From Azolla caroliniana (lineage: Eukaryota; Plantae; Polypodiophyta), in NCBI GenBank assembly GCA_043228905.1, contig JBHGNT010000013.1, positions 14,446,001 through 14,510,000 on the forward strand: DNA of 64,000 nt, written 5' to 3'. Each line of letters starts with the position of its first letter. Within the stretch, counting starts at the first letter, position 1. Under the pieces are notes generated by a model that saw only the letters and a program-made list of their open reading frames with translations, had not been told where the DNA came from and did not search any database. The position numbers and the translations under genes were made by a program. This document shows positions 24,237-37,600 of the stretch, in pieces.

Positions 24237-25528
24237 AGATGTGCAAGTCGAACTAGGAGACAGTTACCAATATGTGAGACAGAGAAGATTCGATGCTTGA
24301 AGGGACTCAAATGCTAATGGTTGCAAGAATTGTGGCCGCATCTTGCCATCATCTCTAGATCAACCATAAACATAGCTTGAGTGGTTTTGTGGACTAGTGC
24401 ATTTTGGTTTACGATGTTTAAAGTGGAATTATGTTAAAAGGATGTCATATGTTGATTTATGTTTCAAGTATGTCATATGTTGATTTATGTTTTAAGTTTT
24501 ATGTTTCAAGTATGTTATAAGTTGAATTTTGTTTTAAGTTTTATGTTTTTAAACTTTTAAGATGATTATTTGTTTTATGTTAAGTATGGTGAAGTTCGTC
24601 GATTTTGGAAATTTTAATGGTGGATTTTGTGACCGTTTGATATGTTATTGTAAGTTTTAAGTTTCAAGATCATGCTTATTTGAAGATTTTGGTCGAAATG
24701 ATACATTTGGTTGGGCAACCTGCACGGTTGGAGTTGGGCAACCTCAGTCAATTTTTTTTTTTGCGCATTCTTTCTTATCCAAATCAGACGGTGTAGATTG
24801 CATGCGCAATCAGCTGAGCGACTTGCACTGTCAGTGGCCGCGATTCCCTCACCAACCCTATTTATGATTTGATGTATAATACGTAGGAGCCAACTAAAGC
24901 GATAATATATAAGAGTGATCGGATAAAAGCAACAGTATACATCATCAAAGCTACACAACTATACACATTACCATTCGACTAGAGCGATACACGAACATGC
25001 ATGCGAGCTAGAAACAACAATACACAAGAGAGATATGATAGACGCAACAACATAATCAAAGCTAGAGGACATCAAATGGTCCAGATTTAGGATAGGTACA
25101 AAAGAAACATTGGGAAAACTCCGATGTACTCACGCGTTCTTCATTATTTCCGTGAAAGCCCCCGAGTTTTTTTAGATGCCCACAATGAAACCTGTTGGAC
25201 GAAAGAGAGGGAAAAAAAAGGGATAGATCAATCAATCGTATGATCATCACCGCTCAAATGGTGTGTCTAGGTTGGGGAAGGGCACAACCGAGGGAAATAA
25301 GAAAAACTCAGGGGCATGTCTAGGTTGCAAGAAGTAGGCTTCTTAGAGAACCCCCAAAACCCAGGTCTTTCATTCTCTCCTCTTTCACAAGGAGGTATCT
25401 GTAGTAGTAGTAGTAGTAGTATGTACATAGTAGTAGTGATGTAGAGCATTAGGGCATCCTGAAGGGTGGGATCCATGACTGTGTTTTCTGTCTCAGCCCC
25501 AACCCTTCTACTTGGTTGCCTCCCCCAC

Positions 25529-25531
<3 letters not shown>

Positions 25532-25563
<32 letters not shown>
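25532..25563. repeat. (CA)n microsatellite upstream of PCN; a (TAG)n tract also lies at ~25401-25437
   Basis: Direct reading. Confidence 0.95.
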
Positions 25564-25569
<6 letters not shown>

Positions 25570-25668
25570 GAGAAATAAATAAATAAATATATACATATTC
25601 CTTCCTCTGCCAATTCCATGCCCTCTTCCTCCGTTTCTCCCCCTTTGTCTGTCTGTTCTTCCGAGAAT

Positions 25669-28600
25669 ATGCTGGAGTTGCACAGGTATAAGCATGTGGA
25701 CTGGAGGCCATCTCCCGTGGTCGCCCTCGCCGCAAGCGTGGATGGCAACGTTATCGCTTCGGGCCGTGGAAATGGGTCCATTGAGATATGGTCTGTCTCT
25801 TCCGGCTCTGTTGGATGGCATTGTGAACTAGTAAGATTTCTTATGCTTATTTTGGTAAGAATAACATTGGGAAAAGAAATCGACCGAAGTATACCAAGGT
25901 ATAGCAGCATGGATCATGCCACCTGGTTGGGGTTTGCTTGAGACATTGATGTCATTGTATACTTGTAAAAACTCATTTTTTGATAATGCACTTGAACAAC
26001 TACCCTATATACATGCTTTGGCGAAACCACATGGATGATGCATTCAATTGAATTTTGCTTGAGAATGTAAATATTGTCCAGATGGACGGTATTGTGAAGT
26101 TATAAAAGAATATCGTCCATAATACACTAGAAACTGCCCTATATATGCTTGGGGGCAACCACATGGATTGCCCAGTTGTAATTGCTTGAGAATGATATAT
26201 TATCCAAGGACGCCTTACTCCAGGATGTGAGCAGGTCACTTTTTTCTCCTACCAAAGTGAAGACTTTCCCCGAGAACTCCCCAAATCCCCAAAAATTACA
26301 CAATAGAGAATCCCCCCCATACATGTCAAAATCGTCCTGTTTATATAAGATCTCTCCTTCCCTAGATTTGAATGCATGTACGTGCTCTAACTTTACCACT
26401 TTTCTGATTTTTTCTCAGAATTGGATGTCTACATTTATAGAAAGGTTTGATGAATGTGTGTGTGTGTTCCGCTGCATAAGCTTTTCCTGTTAGACTTATT
26501 CCTACCTTAAAAATAGATATCTATCAGGAAGATCTACTACACTATCAAATATGTAAATACATAAATACGGAACCTTCTAAAATCCTAGTAAACCTGGCAT
26601 TTTTGAATTGGGCAGCTGTGTGTGAGTTGGCAGGTTTGGCACTGTGTGCCATTGGCAGTAAAACACTGGTTTGCTTAATGGTGGTGTTTTCTGTTTGATT
26701 TGAGCTCTAGCAATTTCCATTCAAAATTTTGTGGTATCCTGAGGATGCATTTTGAATCTTGCCCATTGCATCTGAATACAATTATGAGTAAGATGCACAT
26801 CATTTCAATGGAATATGTCATGGAATCTTTATAGTTTTTTTATTTTGCTTGAAATCAGTACTATCATTCCTTATCACATCATTTCAATGGAATATGTCAT
26901 GGAATCTTTATAGTTTTTTTATTTTGCTTGAAATCAGTACTATCATTCCTTATCACTACTACAACTATAAAAATTTGTGCATGGAATTATCATATTATTT
27001 CAGTAATGCCGGTATTATATAACTGCATTTCTCTAATAGTTTTACTTCCTTTACTGATGCGGGAACATTGGTTATGTTTTAGTGAAGCTAGTGATTCTCT
27101 ATTTCACATGAACTCATTGCTATTGATCTTTGAAGCTATAGTAGATTTAATCAAGAGGCTCAAATTCTATGAATTTTGGCCTCATGGTAATAGATTCATA
27201 CATGTAGTTAGTTTCCTCGTGTTCCATTTCAGACAATTCCAGGTAAAAAGGATGCAAGTTTGTCATGCCTCATGTGGTCTCCTTCGAATACTTGTACATG
27301 GGGACGCCTTTTTTCTGCTGGTCTTGATGGGTTCATATCAGAATGGGATCTTTCAACTCTACATCCAAAGGTGGGCTTTTCTCTTGTTTGGAAACTCAGA
27401 AGTCTTAACACAGTTGATGCAAAAGCTTTTTGTTTCTGGGATTTAAGGAAGAAAATACATCGTTGAGGATCTGAACGTGCAAGCACGAAGGTGGTTTTTG
27501 TGTGCAGGAGGTCTTGAACTCATATGGAGGGTCTATCTGGCAAATAGTACTTGAGCCTGATGCTGCTGTTACTGCTAGTGCATCAGATAGACTAGCTAGT
27601 CCTGAGGAAACTAGTTCTCTTAGTTCGGATAATGACAGTGAAAATGACAAAAATGAAGAGGATAATAGTGAAGATGAGGAAGAAAATGAGGGAGAAATGA
27701 GGGTGGCCATTGCATGCGATGATGGTTCTCTGCGGTTATTTACAGTTAAAGATGGGGAAAGCTTGACCTACAAAAAGTCATTTCCTCGTATAGAAGGTAT
27801 ATCATTGCTTTTCTTATACTGCTCAACTACATATAAATCTCAACATTATTGTTAAACTTCGTGTGTTTTGAGCAGGTCGAATTTTGAGTGTTGCGTGGAG
27901 TGTTGATGCCAATAGAATCTTCTCTGGTGGTTCTGATGGGTAAATGGTGGAGGTTAACTTAATTTTTTGTTTGTTCTAACTTTCTATTGCCATAACTTGC
28001 TAGATATGTATTACAGCTGCATAAGATGCTGGGATGCACGAGTATCTCGAGAAATTTATCGAATAACTGCTGGGTTGGGAGTTGCGGGGAGCAATTCGAG
28101 TCTTTGTATATGGTCTATATTATCATTAAAGTAAGTAACAACTACACGGACAGCGGTGTTGCAAATTGGTGATGAAACTAACATTATTAGATAATTCCTC
28201 TTGTTCTGAGTTCAGTATGGAACTTGAGTATGTATTTATAACATTCAGCTTTGCCTACAGGAAACTGTGTGTGTGGCTATAAGTGTAGCTAGTGCAAACT
28301 TAACTTTCGGATATTTGGAAGCAGTCAATTCAAATTGTTACTGGGTATTATGTGTAGAAACCTTTCCACAACTAACATAAAAAAAGTGAAAGCACTCTGA
28401 GTTCACACGATCCTTTGTAAGAAAAAAGAAAAATCCAAAAATGAAAACTCTAAATAAAATATGAAGTGCCTCCTAGAGGTACCTTAACAAAGTACTGTGT
28501 GTAAATGAATGCAATGGGCTTTAACTTTAGCTTGATGCTTTGTAGATCAGAAGCCTAAAATATCCTCTGCAATAACTCAACTTTTTTATTTTTATTTTGT

Positions 28601-31600
28601 GTAGCGATGGAACTGTAGTGAGTGGAGATAGTTCAGGAAGCACCCAGTTTTGGGATGGAAAGCAGGGGACATTTTTGCAAGCTTTTACAGACCATAAAGC
28701 AGATGTCTTGTCTTTGGCTCCTTCACCAAGTAATCAGTCAGTTTTTGCAGCTGGGGCTGATGGACAGGTGAATATGTATTATTATTTCTCATATTTTTGA
28801 CATTACGCTGTAGAACATTAAAATTAGGCTAGGTTTATTAATATCTTAACATGCAGGTTGTGCAATATCAGCATGTCCACAGAAGCAAAATCCTGGCTGA
28901 TACAATGAAAAACGCTGAAGTAGATATAGGGATTGGGCTAGGTGAAAGGTGGGTTTATGTTGGCAGTAAAAGAACTCATAGCCACGATGTTAATGCATTG
29001 GTTGTCGCTTGTCCTCATGTTGCAGGTATATAGATTTGTGTATTTGAGATTGTCCTTTGAATTTTATGATGTGTCATTCAAGGATTCCATTTTGGTAAAC
29101 TTTCAGAAAGTGGAAATGATTTGGATTTGAAGATTAAATCATTGAAAATTAAGCCAGTAAGGAGGGTAAGAAAGAAATTGAAGTCCTGGATGGAGCAGAA
29201 TCAATTCAATTTGGATCAGCTGGGAATTCCGATGCTGATTTCTGGCGGCAATGATGCGAAACTTTACACATACCCTGCAAATGCTTTTATTGCTTTCCAT
29301 CCTCATGATGTTTGTTATGCTCCCCAGCGAACCCCAATCACACTTGCTGCTAAACAACACAATGGCCTTATTATGATGGCACAACATGATCATGAGCTAG
29401 AGATTTGGAAGATCATGGTGAACCCACCAAGTAAGGCTGAAGTTGAATCAAACAAATATTTTGAGAGCATGTCTAATGGCAAGAGGAAATCACAAGAACT
29501 GCCTCATCATAATGGCAGGCAGAAAATTGTGAATGGTCATCACAAGTGTATACACAATGGTATAACTAACGGGCATGGTTTCAGCAAATCTAAAATCTCC
29601 TATGATCCTAAACACTTTGGGAAAGTGAAAGGCTCCTCACCGGAGTTGCTTGCCAGAATAAAGTGCAAATCTGCAGAAAACATAACTTGCAGTGCCTTAT
29701 CTGATTGTGGACAACTTGTTGCCTTCTCAGATAATTCAAAACCTAGGGTATTTGAATTAGAACAACAGCAGAAGGTTGGTCTGGCTGAGGCAAAAATGTG
29801 GGGGATAACAAAGAGAATGCTGCCAGTGAATATTCCACCAGCTCAATGTATGGTATTTTGTGGTTTGAAGCGACTTATTTTAGCCTGTTCAAATCAATCC
29901 GTTTGGGTAAGCTAATTAACTTGATCAATGTCACACATTCCTTGCCTGTATTTAGAACCAATAGGAAATTGGAACTTTGAGAATCACATAAAGGCATACT
30001 GCATTTAGTGACTATACAGAACTGATCAATAAGTTTAAAAGTACACATTCTTTGGAGTCTTTGGGTCAATTTTTGATGTTTCTCTGTTTGACAAATTTTC
30101 AGATTGTAGATATTCAGACATGTATTGTTCTACATCAATTTGAGATCGAGAGGGATAAAGCACACACTACAATTTCTCCTATTAAGTCCATGCACACAAG
30201 TTCAGATGGTAAATGGCTCGCAATATCTAATGCTGGTGGCGACATTACAGTCTTTAATCTTGAAACGTTTCTGTAAGTTTATTGATTTATATTTTCTGTG
30301 CAATCGTCTCAGGTTTTATGCTATTCATATTCAGCCATTTTTTCACATTAAAGAACAGAACAGTCTAAAGCACAGAATGAATAAGCTCTTGTTTTGTGCT
30401 ATATTATCATGGAATAGCCTTAGCCCTTTTGTAGCACATCATCATTATGTGCTATCACAGTTGGAAGCAGTACAGCTCATGAGGGAGGTAGGGAGAGCGA
30501 GATTAACATATGTGGTGAAGGCTGAAACTGACCTATCAGGCAGATTATGTAATGCAAACAATAATATTTGAGTATCCAAGAGGAATATGGAAATATTACT
30601 TAAAAAGAACTATAATCTTTTGTACAGTTAGCCTGCAGGATGGGTAACACCCTTGAAGCTGACTTGGTCCTTGCAAATCACTCAGAAGTGGAAGAGAGGA
30701 AAAGGTGAGGCAGGTAACAGATGTATGGGTGGTTCTCTATGATATTAGGTAAAATGGCAAACATGATATACATGGCTGTGGGGGAGCACAAAGGTTTTAA
30801 GGTGAGAGATAGGTAACCGGTTCAGTGCTCAATGGGTCACTGTGGTAAGTACAAATCTCTTGTCTCTATTGCATAATCTTATCCTGTCGCTTGAGGGTAA
30901 GATGGTTGACTCGTGTGAGAGTAATGCCTTGGTGGGCGATGGATAGTGGGATGGACTGATAAGTTGGCAGATGTGATTGCCTCCAATCCCCCTATGTAGA
31001 CGAAGTAATCCTCTAAGTGACTTTTTCCCTATTTACTTAGGAATCTACTGAGGCATCATGAAGCATTGTCTAATGCGTTTCATTTTTCCAAAGATTGCCT
31101 CCATTCAGAACTCAATACTTTATTACGTGTCTTTGGCGTTCCCTTACATTTTTCCCATTCAACCTTAGACAATCAGTTTGAGAAGTTTTTTTGGCGCTTA
31201 AGCTGTATGTCATAACCGCCCCATTCCCACAATCTCAATCGGAAGTGATCCTATCTCAAGCAGTTGGTGATTGCATTTTGTTTCTATCTTGACTTGAAGA
31301 AAGCTCATAAGAAAACGCTTGGACCTTGTCAAACTTTTCCCAAACTGACCTAGAAATGCTATTACCCATACGTCAACCCCGTAGAGAAGCATTGTTTATT
31401 TTGACCCTTACATATAAAAGCGGTTGGGGATAAAGGCCCAAGGACTCTCTTGTTTTAATATATTTTGACCCTTCCATGTGAAAGCTCTTTTCGAGAGCTT
31501 TTTAGACATAATATTACTATATTTGTGGCCCCAATTTGAGGGTTTATAGGCATTTACATTGTTTTTTATAACTTTTGGGTCATTGGTCGTGTGTGAACAT

Positions 31601-34600
31601 GCCAACATGACCTAAAAGTTTCTTATGAATAATAATTGGTCCCAAACCTCTCATAATGAGATACTTGGCTTTTAGTGGATAGGGTTTTCTTTGCATTTTT
31701 CTGCATAGTTTTTCTACTTTGTCTCCTCACACAGCAGCCCACTCCCTTGGTGTTTTGGATCCGACAACATCATCACATCATCACATCATCATCTCTCTTT
31801 CAACTGGTATCAGAGCTAGAGAGTTTCGTCGTGAAGAATTTGTCTCATCAGGTGATTGTGCATAGAACAACAAGTGATTTTACCTTTTTTGGTGAGTTTC
31901 TTTTGAACTCTTAAGTGCAAACATGACTACTACCTCATCTAATCTCAAAAGCTTGTTTGAGATCAAGAAATTTGAAGGTAGTAGATTTGATTTATGGAAA
32001 GACAATGTTAGGCATTCTCTTTCTTAAAGATTGTGAAGGAGCACTTCTTGAAGTCAAGCTTGAAGATATGACGAATGTAGCATGGATGAAACTAAACAAG
32101 AAGTCCATCACTTGCATCAAGATGGCTGTATCAGATGAGATTTTAGTGGATCTGAAGGGCCCCACAACTACTTTTGAGGTATGGGAGAAGCTGAAAGCTA
32201 CTTATGTAATTAACACGCTTATAAATCAAGTGCATCTCATGCGTAAGTTGGTGTGTATCAACTTAATGAGTCAAAAAGTGCAATTGATCACCATAAATCT
32301 CACAATTCCAAGACTCCGGATTATCTCCCTTTAATGATAAGTGTAAGGTCATCTTCTTGTTGGTGACCTTATATTATGGGAAACATTTGTTGTTCACTCT
32401 CGAATAACCCTAATCTTACGTTTGATGGCGTAAGAGGTTTAGTTTTGAGTGACGAAACTAGGAAGAAAGCTAGTGGAGAGGGAAATGGTTCACAAATGTG
32501 GATTGAGGAAGAACAGAAAAGAAAAGTGAAAATGTACATAGGAATAGGAGCAAAAGCAAAGCAAGGCTGAAATGACATATTATCAATGTCGTAGGAAAGG
32601 TCATAAGAAGCCTGATTGCAAATATTACAAAGCTGATTTATAGATAAAGAAGAACACAAGAGACAAGAAGAAAAAGGACAGCGAGAATGAAGCACATAAC
32701 CACTTTAAGGACAATGACATAGAGAAGGCCAATGTGGCCTCTAGTGTCATAATTGAGGTGCCATCAAATGTAGAAGATATTCTTTGTGCTACCATGGCAG
32801 CAGATGATGTTGAAGTTAATGGTGCTTCTATTTTTATTCATGCATAGGATATGCAGATTACAAAGAACGATCTAATTGATGCGTTGTTTACTTTGAATGA
32901 TGCTTTATCACAAACATGGATTGTGGATTAGGTGCATCATTTCATGTTACTCCTATTAAGGAGTGTTTTACAACTTTAATGTCGGCAGCCATGGACATCT
33001 ATAGCTTGGAAAAAACCATGGTTGCTCTATTGAAGGTATTGGCACAATTCATCTCATAGTGGATGGTACTAACGGGCTGGTTTTGCATGGTGTAAGGTAT
33101 GTGCCAAGCATCAAGAAAAGCTTAGTCTGTTGGACAAATGGATATGCATGGATATAGTACCCTCTTTGAGAAAGGGCCATGGAAGCTTATCAAAGGATTT
33201 AGGCTAATTGTTAAAGGTACAAAGGGACTATGTATTGCTTGCATGGTAAATCTTTGATGGGCAAGTTTATTGCTTTGGCTGAAATCCATTCACATATAGA
33301 ATTATGGCATAAAAGGCTTGGCCACATGAGCCAAAAAGGCCTTGATAAACTATGTAATTTGGACAATGCTGATGTTAAAGGGTCAAAACTTGATATTTGT
33401 AATGAATGCCAATATGGTAAGCAAGTAAAGAATTTCTACTACTCTAGTGTCTCTCGTAAGACAAATCTGATTGATCTCATTCATTCTGATGTTTGCAAAA
33501 TGTCCACAAAACCTATGGGGGGGTGCTCTTTATTTTATTTCTTTTTTTGATGATTACTATATGAAGCTTTGGGTATATTTGTTAAAATCTAAGGACGAAG
33601 GCTTGGCTGCATTTAAGAAATTTCATGCATTTGTGACCACCTAAACAGGTAGAAAGCTGAAATGATTACGCACAGATAATGGGGGTGAGTTTACAAGTTC
33701 TAAACTTAATAGATTTTGTGAAAATCTTGGTGTTAAAAGAGAGCTAATAGTCCCATGCAGCCTGTCTTCCAAAATGGTGGGCCTAAAAGGTCTAACATGA
33801 CTTTATATGAGAGGGTAAGATGCACGCTGTCCACAACTAATCTCCCCCATGGATTTTGGGGAGAGGCCTTGAAAACTACAACACATGTTTGCAATAGATC
33901 CTGTCATGTTCGGAAAAGGTCGCATTTCCTAAAGAGGATTGGTTTGGCAAACCAGATTCATTTGACCACCTATGCATCTTTGGCTGTGATGCTTTTGTGC
34001 ATATAAGGTTTGAATTGAGAAGCAAATTAGATGCAAAATCCATGAAAGGAAACTTTATGGGTTATGGAGATGAAGGTGAAATGGGCTATAGGATTTGGCT
34101 ACCTCAACTCAAGAGGGTAATATGCAGCCAAGATGTTGTATTTAATGAGGCAAGTCTGCGTAAAAATGATTGTTCCTAAGTGTGACCATAAAAGAGTCAA
34201 ATTTCAGCATGTACAGCCACAAGTTAAATTTGTTAGGAAGCGATCCACCACATGTGTTTGATAAAGATAATGAGCTAGTGGTTATTGAGCCAGATGATGT
34301 TCAATGGCAAAATGACGCTCCTGATGGGCATATGTAGACTATTAACAATGAAGATGTTAATGTACTTCCTGATGTAGATCCATTGCCTGATAATGTGGAT
34401 CATTGGGTAAGAAGATCTATACGTCCAAGGAGGGAAGTGACTAGATATGACCCCTCTATACATTACATTATGTTATTAGATGAGCGAGAGCCTCTTCTTG
34501 ATAAAGAGGCAAAACTATGTGAGCACAAGAACAAGTGGGAGTTAGCCATGTAGGAAGAGATAGAAGCCTTGCATGCAAATAATACTTAGCGTTTGGTTGA

Positions 34601-37600
34601 GGTGCCCAAAGGTAGGAAGGCCATTCCAAACAAGTGTTGCTAAGGGATATGCCCAAAATTTGGGGATTTATTTCCAAGAGGTTTTCTTGCTAGGGATAAA
34701 GGCCTTTGGTTCTCTATATTCTCTCTCTCTCTGTGAAAGATCCAAAAGATGCATAAAAGCAAAATTTTGTGTTTCGGTTGGATGCAAGATATAGTAAAAT
34801 GGTTTGGTAGATGGGATGTGAGACATTTGCTTCATGATGCATCATTAGATTCCTCTGTAAATGAGGCCTTTTTGCAACGCCAATGTATCATGACATGGGA
34901 CAAATGTGGAGGCTCACGCTTTACACATTATACTACACATGTTGCACCTAACTACAAAACCATATTCTTTGTGGAACAGGGAAATCGTACACATCGATAC
35001 ATGTTAGAGCCCATATCGTTATTTGCCATTCGAACCTTGGCTTCCATGCGACTTAGCTCACATGCATTGCGATGTGAGACAGGGCATTGGGGCACAAGTG
35101 ATGAGAGTGGTCGGCTATGCACACTTTGCCCTAAACAAGTTCACGAGGTATCACACTTTGATACAATGCTTTGCCTTTGATCATATTCGACCATGCTTTC
35201 CACATTTCTTTGACTGAGCCCAATCCTTGCATGAATTCCTCTCACAACCACAATGTGCACTCTCGATTGCAACATTCATTGGTAAAGTTCTTGAACATCG
35301 AGAGTCACTACTCACTTTCACATGTATCACATGAAATGTAATATTTTTGGTCTCATAGGTCATATTTGACCTCTGAAGACGATAATATAATCTATCTCAA
35401 ATAGTGTTAGAAGGGCACACAAGGCACCCAAAACGCAAGCCCCATTTGATGTTGAAAATGGGAAACATGATCTATTATGCCATTTGATTGTGCAAGAGAT
35501 CAATCTTATTAGAGAGGATATAAAAATAGCACTAAAAGAAGAAATAAAAAAGGAGATAGAGAAACAAAAAACTAAGTTGTATGCCTCTCAAGACTGAGTT
35601 ATTAGAAGAGATGCGGAAAGACATAATAAGCCATGTGAAGAAAACAGACTTAGAGCTCAAGGATGACATGACACAATACCTTAAGGATGAAATATCCTCA
35701 AGTAAGGTTGCGTTAGGAGCAATAAAAGTGGATTTAGAAAAAGGACAAGAAGTAGTGGAAAGATGCATCCCTACAGTGAAAGCCAATGTCACTAAGGAAA
35801 TGCAAACACGGGCAGACATGGCCAAAGATGCCAAAGCTCAAGCTAAGCATGCCCCAAAAAAATTAAAGCAAATGCTCCTTGGATAGAGGTAGTGAAAAAG
35901 CAAAAAGGAACATCCATGGATAGGATGGCAATGATGAATACTGCATTAGAAGAAGAAGCTCATGCATTCCATGTACGAGTGGTTGGTTGGTGTTGGGAAT
36001 AAAGGGCCATCGTGCCTTTTATTAGTGCACGAGTGTGAACGCACTCGTAGCACACTTTTGACTTATATATACATAATATCTAAAACCAAAAAAGAGGTAC
36101 ACTTTGTACCCAAGACAACGTGCATCTCTCTCTCTCACTCAGACTCTCTCCCTCTCTGTTTTTTACCTAAACCCTAATCCTCGTGCTGCCTTCAAACTGG
36201 TATCAGAGCAGAATCTAAGGTTTTTTGCAGAGCAGAGTTTAAGGTTTTCTGCAGAGCAGGTTACGTTTTTTGCAGAGTAGGTTTGGTCCTCTGTTTGGGC
36301 TAAGAAATCGGAAAAGGAGCCCACAAGAAGATGCCAAGAATCTTGGAACAAAGATTGGGGCATCAGATATTCCATTTGCTTCAGCATGGAGGGTGGGAAG
36401 AGATGAGTCTAGAGCTAAAGCCCTTATCATCCACTTCATGGATATTGACAAGAAAAAAGCTTTCCTCTCTAAAAGAAAAGCACTCAAGGGTGAAAAAAAT
36501 ATACTTAGATGACGAACTCACTCCAACCCACGTGGCACACCGCAAAGAAAACATGCCACAAGTGCTTGATGCAAGAAAGGAAGGAAAATGGGCCGTATAT
36601 AGAGATGGCAAGGTCATTATTACATAGAAGAGAACCGCATGACGATATATGGCCTATGAGACCCTACACATGACCATATGGAATTGCAACGGCTCTCTAC
36701 GGATAGATGTCGGATATTTTGAAGATACCTTGAAAAACACAGATATTGCTATGTATACAGAGACCCACCAATGCATGGCTAGCAAACTCCCTGGGTACAA
36801 GGATATAGATGGGAGTCAATATGTCACCCCCAACCTCGGACACCAGGAAGCACTAGAGGTTTGGGAGGAGTGGCTATGCTATACAAAAAGGAGCTCCATG
36901 ATAGAGTGCATGTTGTCCATAAGGATGTAGATGCATGCTACATGTGGATACGAATCAAATGAGGGGATCTTAGAGAGTTATATATTGCAATTTGCTACTT
37001 TCCACCTGCCTACTCAAGGTTTGCACCTCTAGGTGAATCACCATATCTACCATTATATGATGATATCATAAGATTTGCCACTATGGGGGACATAATACTG
37101 TTAGGAGATTTTAATGCACAAACCAAGGATGAACAAACAACTATGTTTAACACCAATGAGGCTGTTTATGGAGAAGTTATGGCAGAAGAGGTTGGTCTAA
37201 AGCGACAAGCTCAAGATATGAGTGCTATAACTGAATATGGAAAACACTTTCTAGCCTTGGGAAGTGCGCATGGATTTGTGATATATAATGGTTTGTCACA
37301 ATGGCCAAGATAAGATGCTTTGACATGTTGGAACCCAAAAGGAGGTGCAAGCACAATCGATTATCTAACGGGATCTCCATCTCTTATACCTGAAATAAAA
37401 GAGTTCACTATTTCGAGTAGACCTATTGGCTTGGTAGCAGATCATTCATGTCTACGCTTCAAGGTAAAGGATGGATGCACAAAGGATGTATATGCTAAGG
37501 AGAGTGCGTTGGCTAAGTGTCTACTTACTCGCGAGACAATTGATGTGTATACAATGGCAGGCTCGATTTGGATCCTTTTGCACCCCTTGAAGCACTTACC

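Noticed and set aside
25267-25910. Minus-strand ORFs overlapping the PCN promoter and exon 1
   Set aside because: Built from microsatellite translations (CVCVCV, LLLLL) and the antisense of exon 1.
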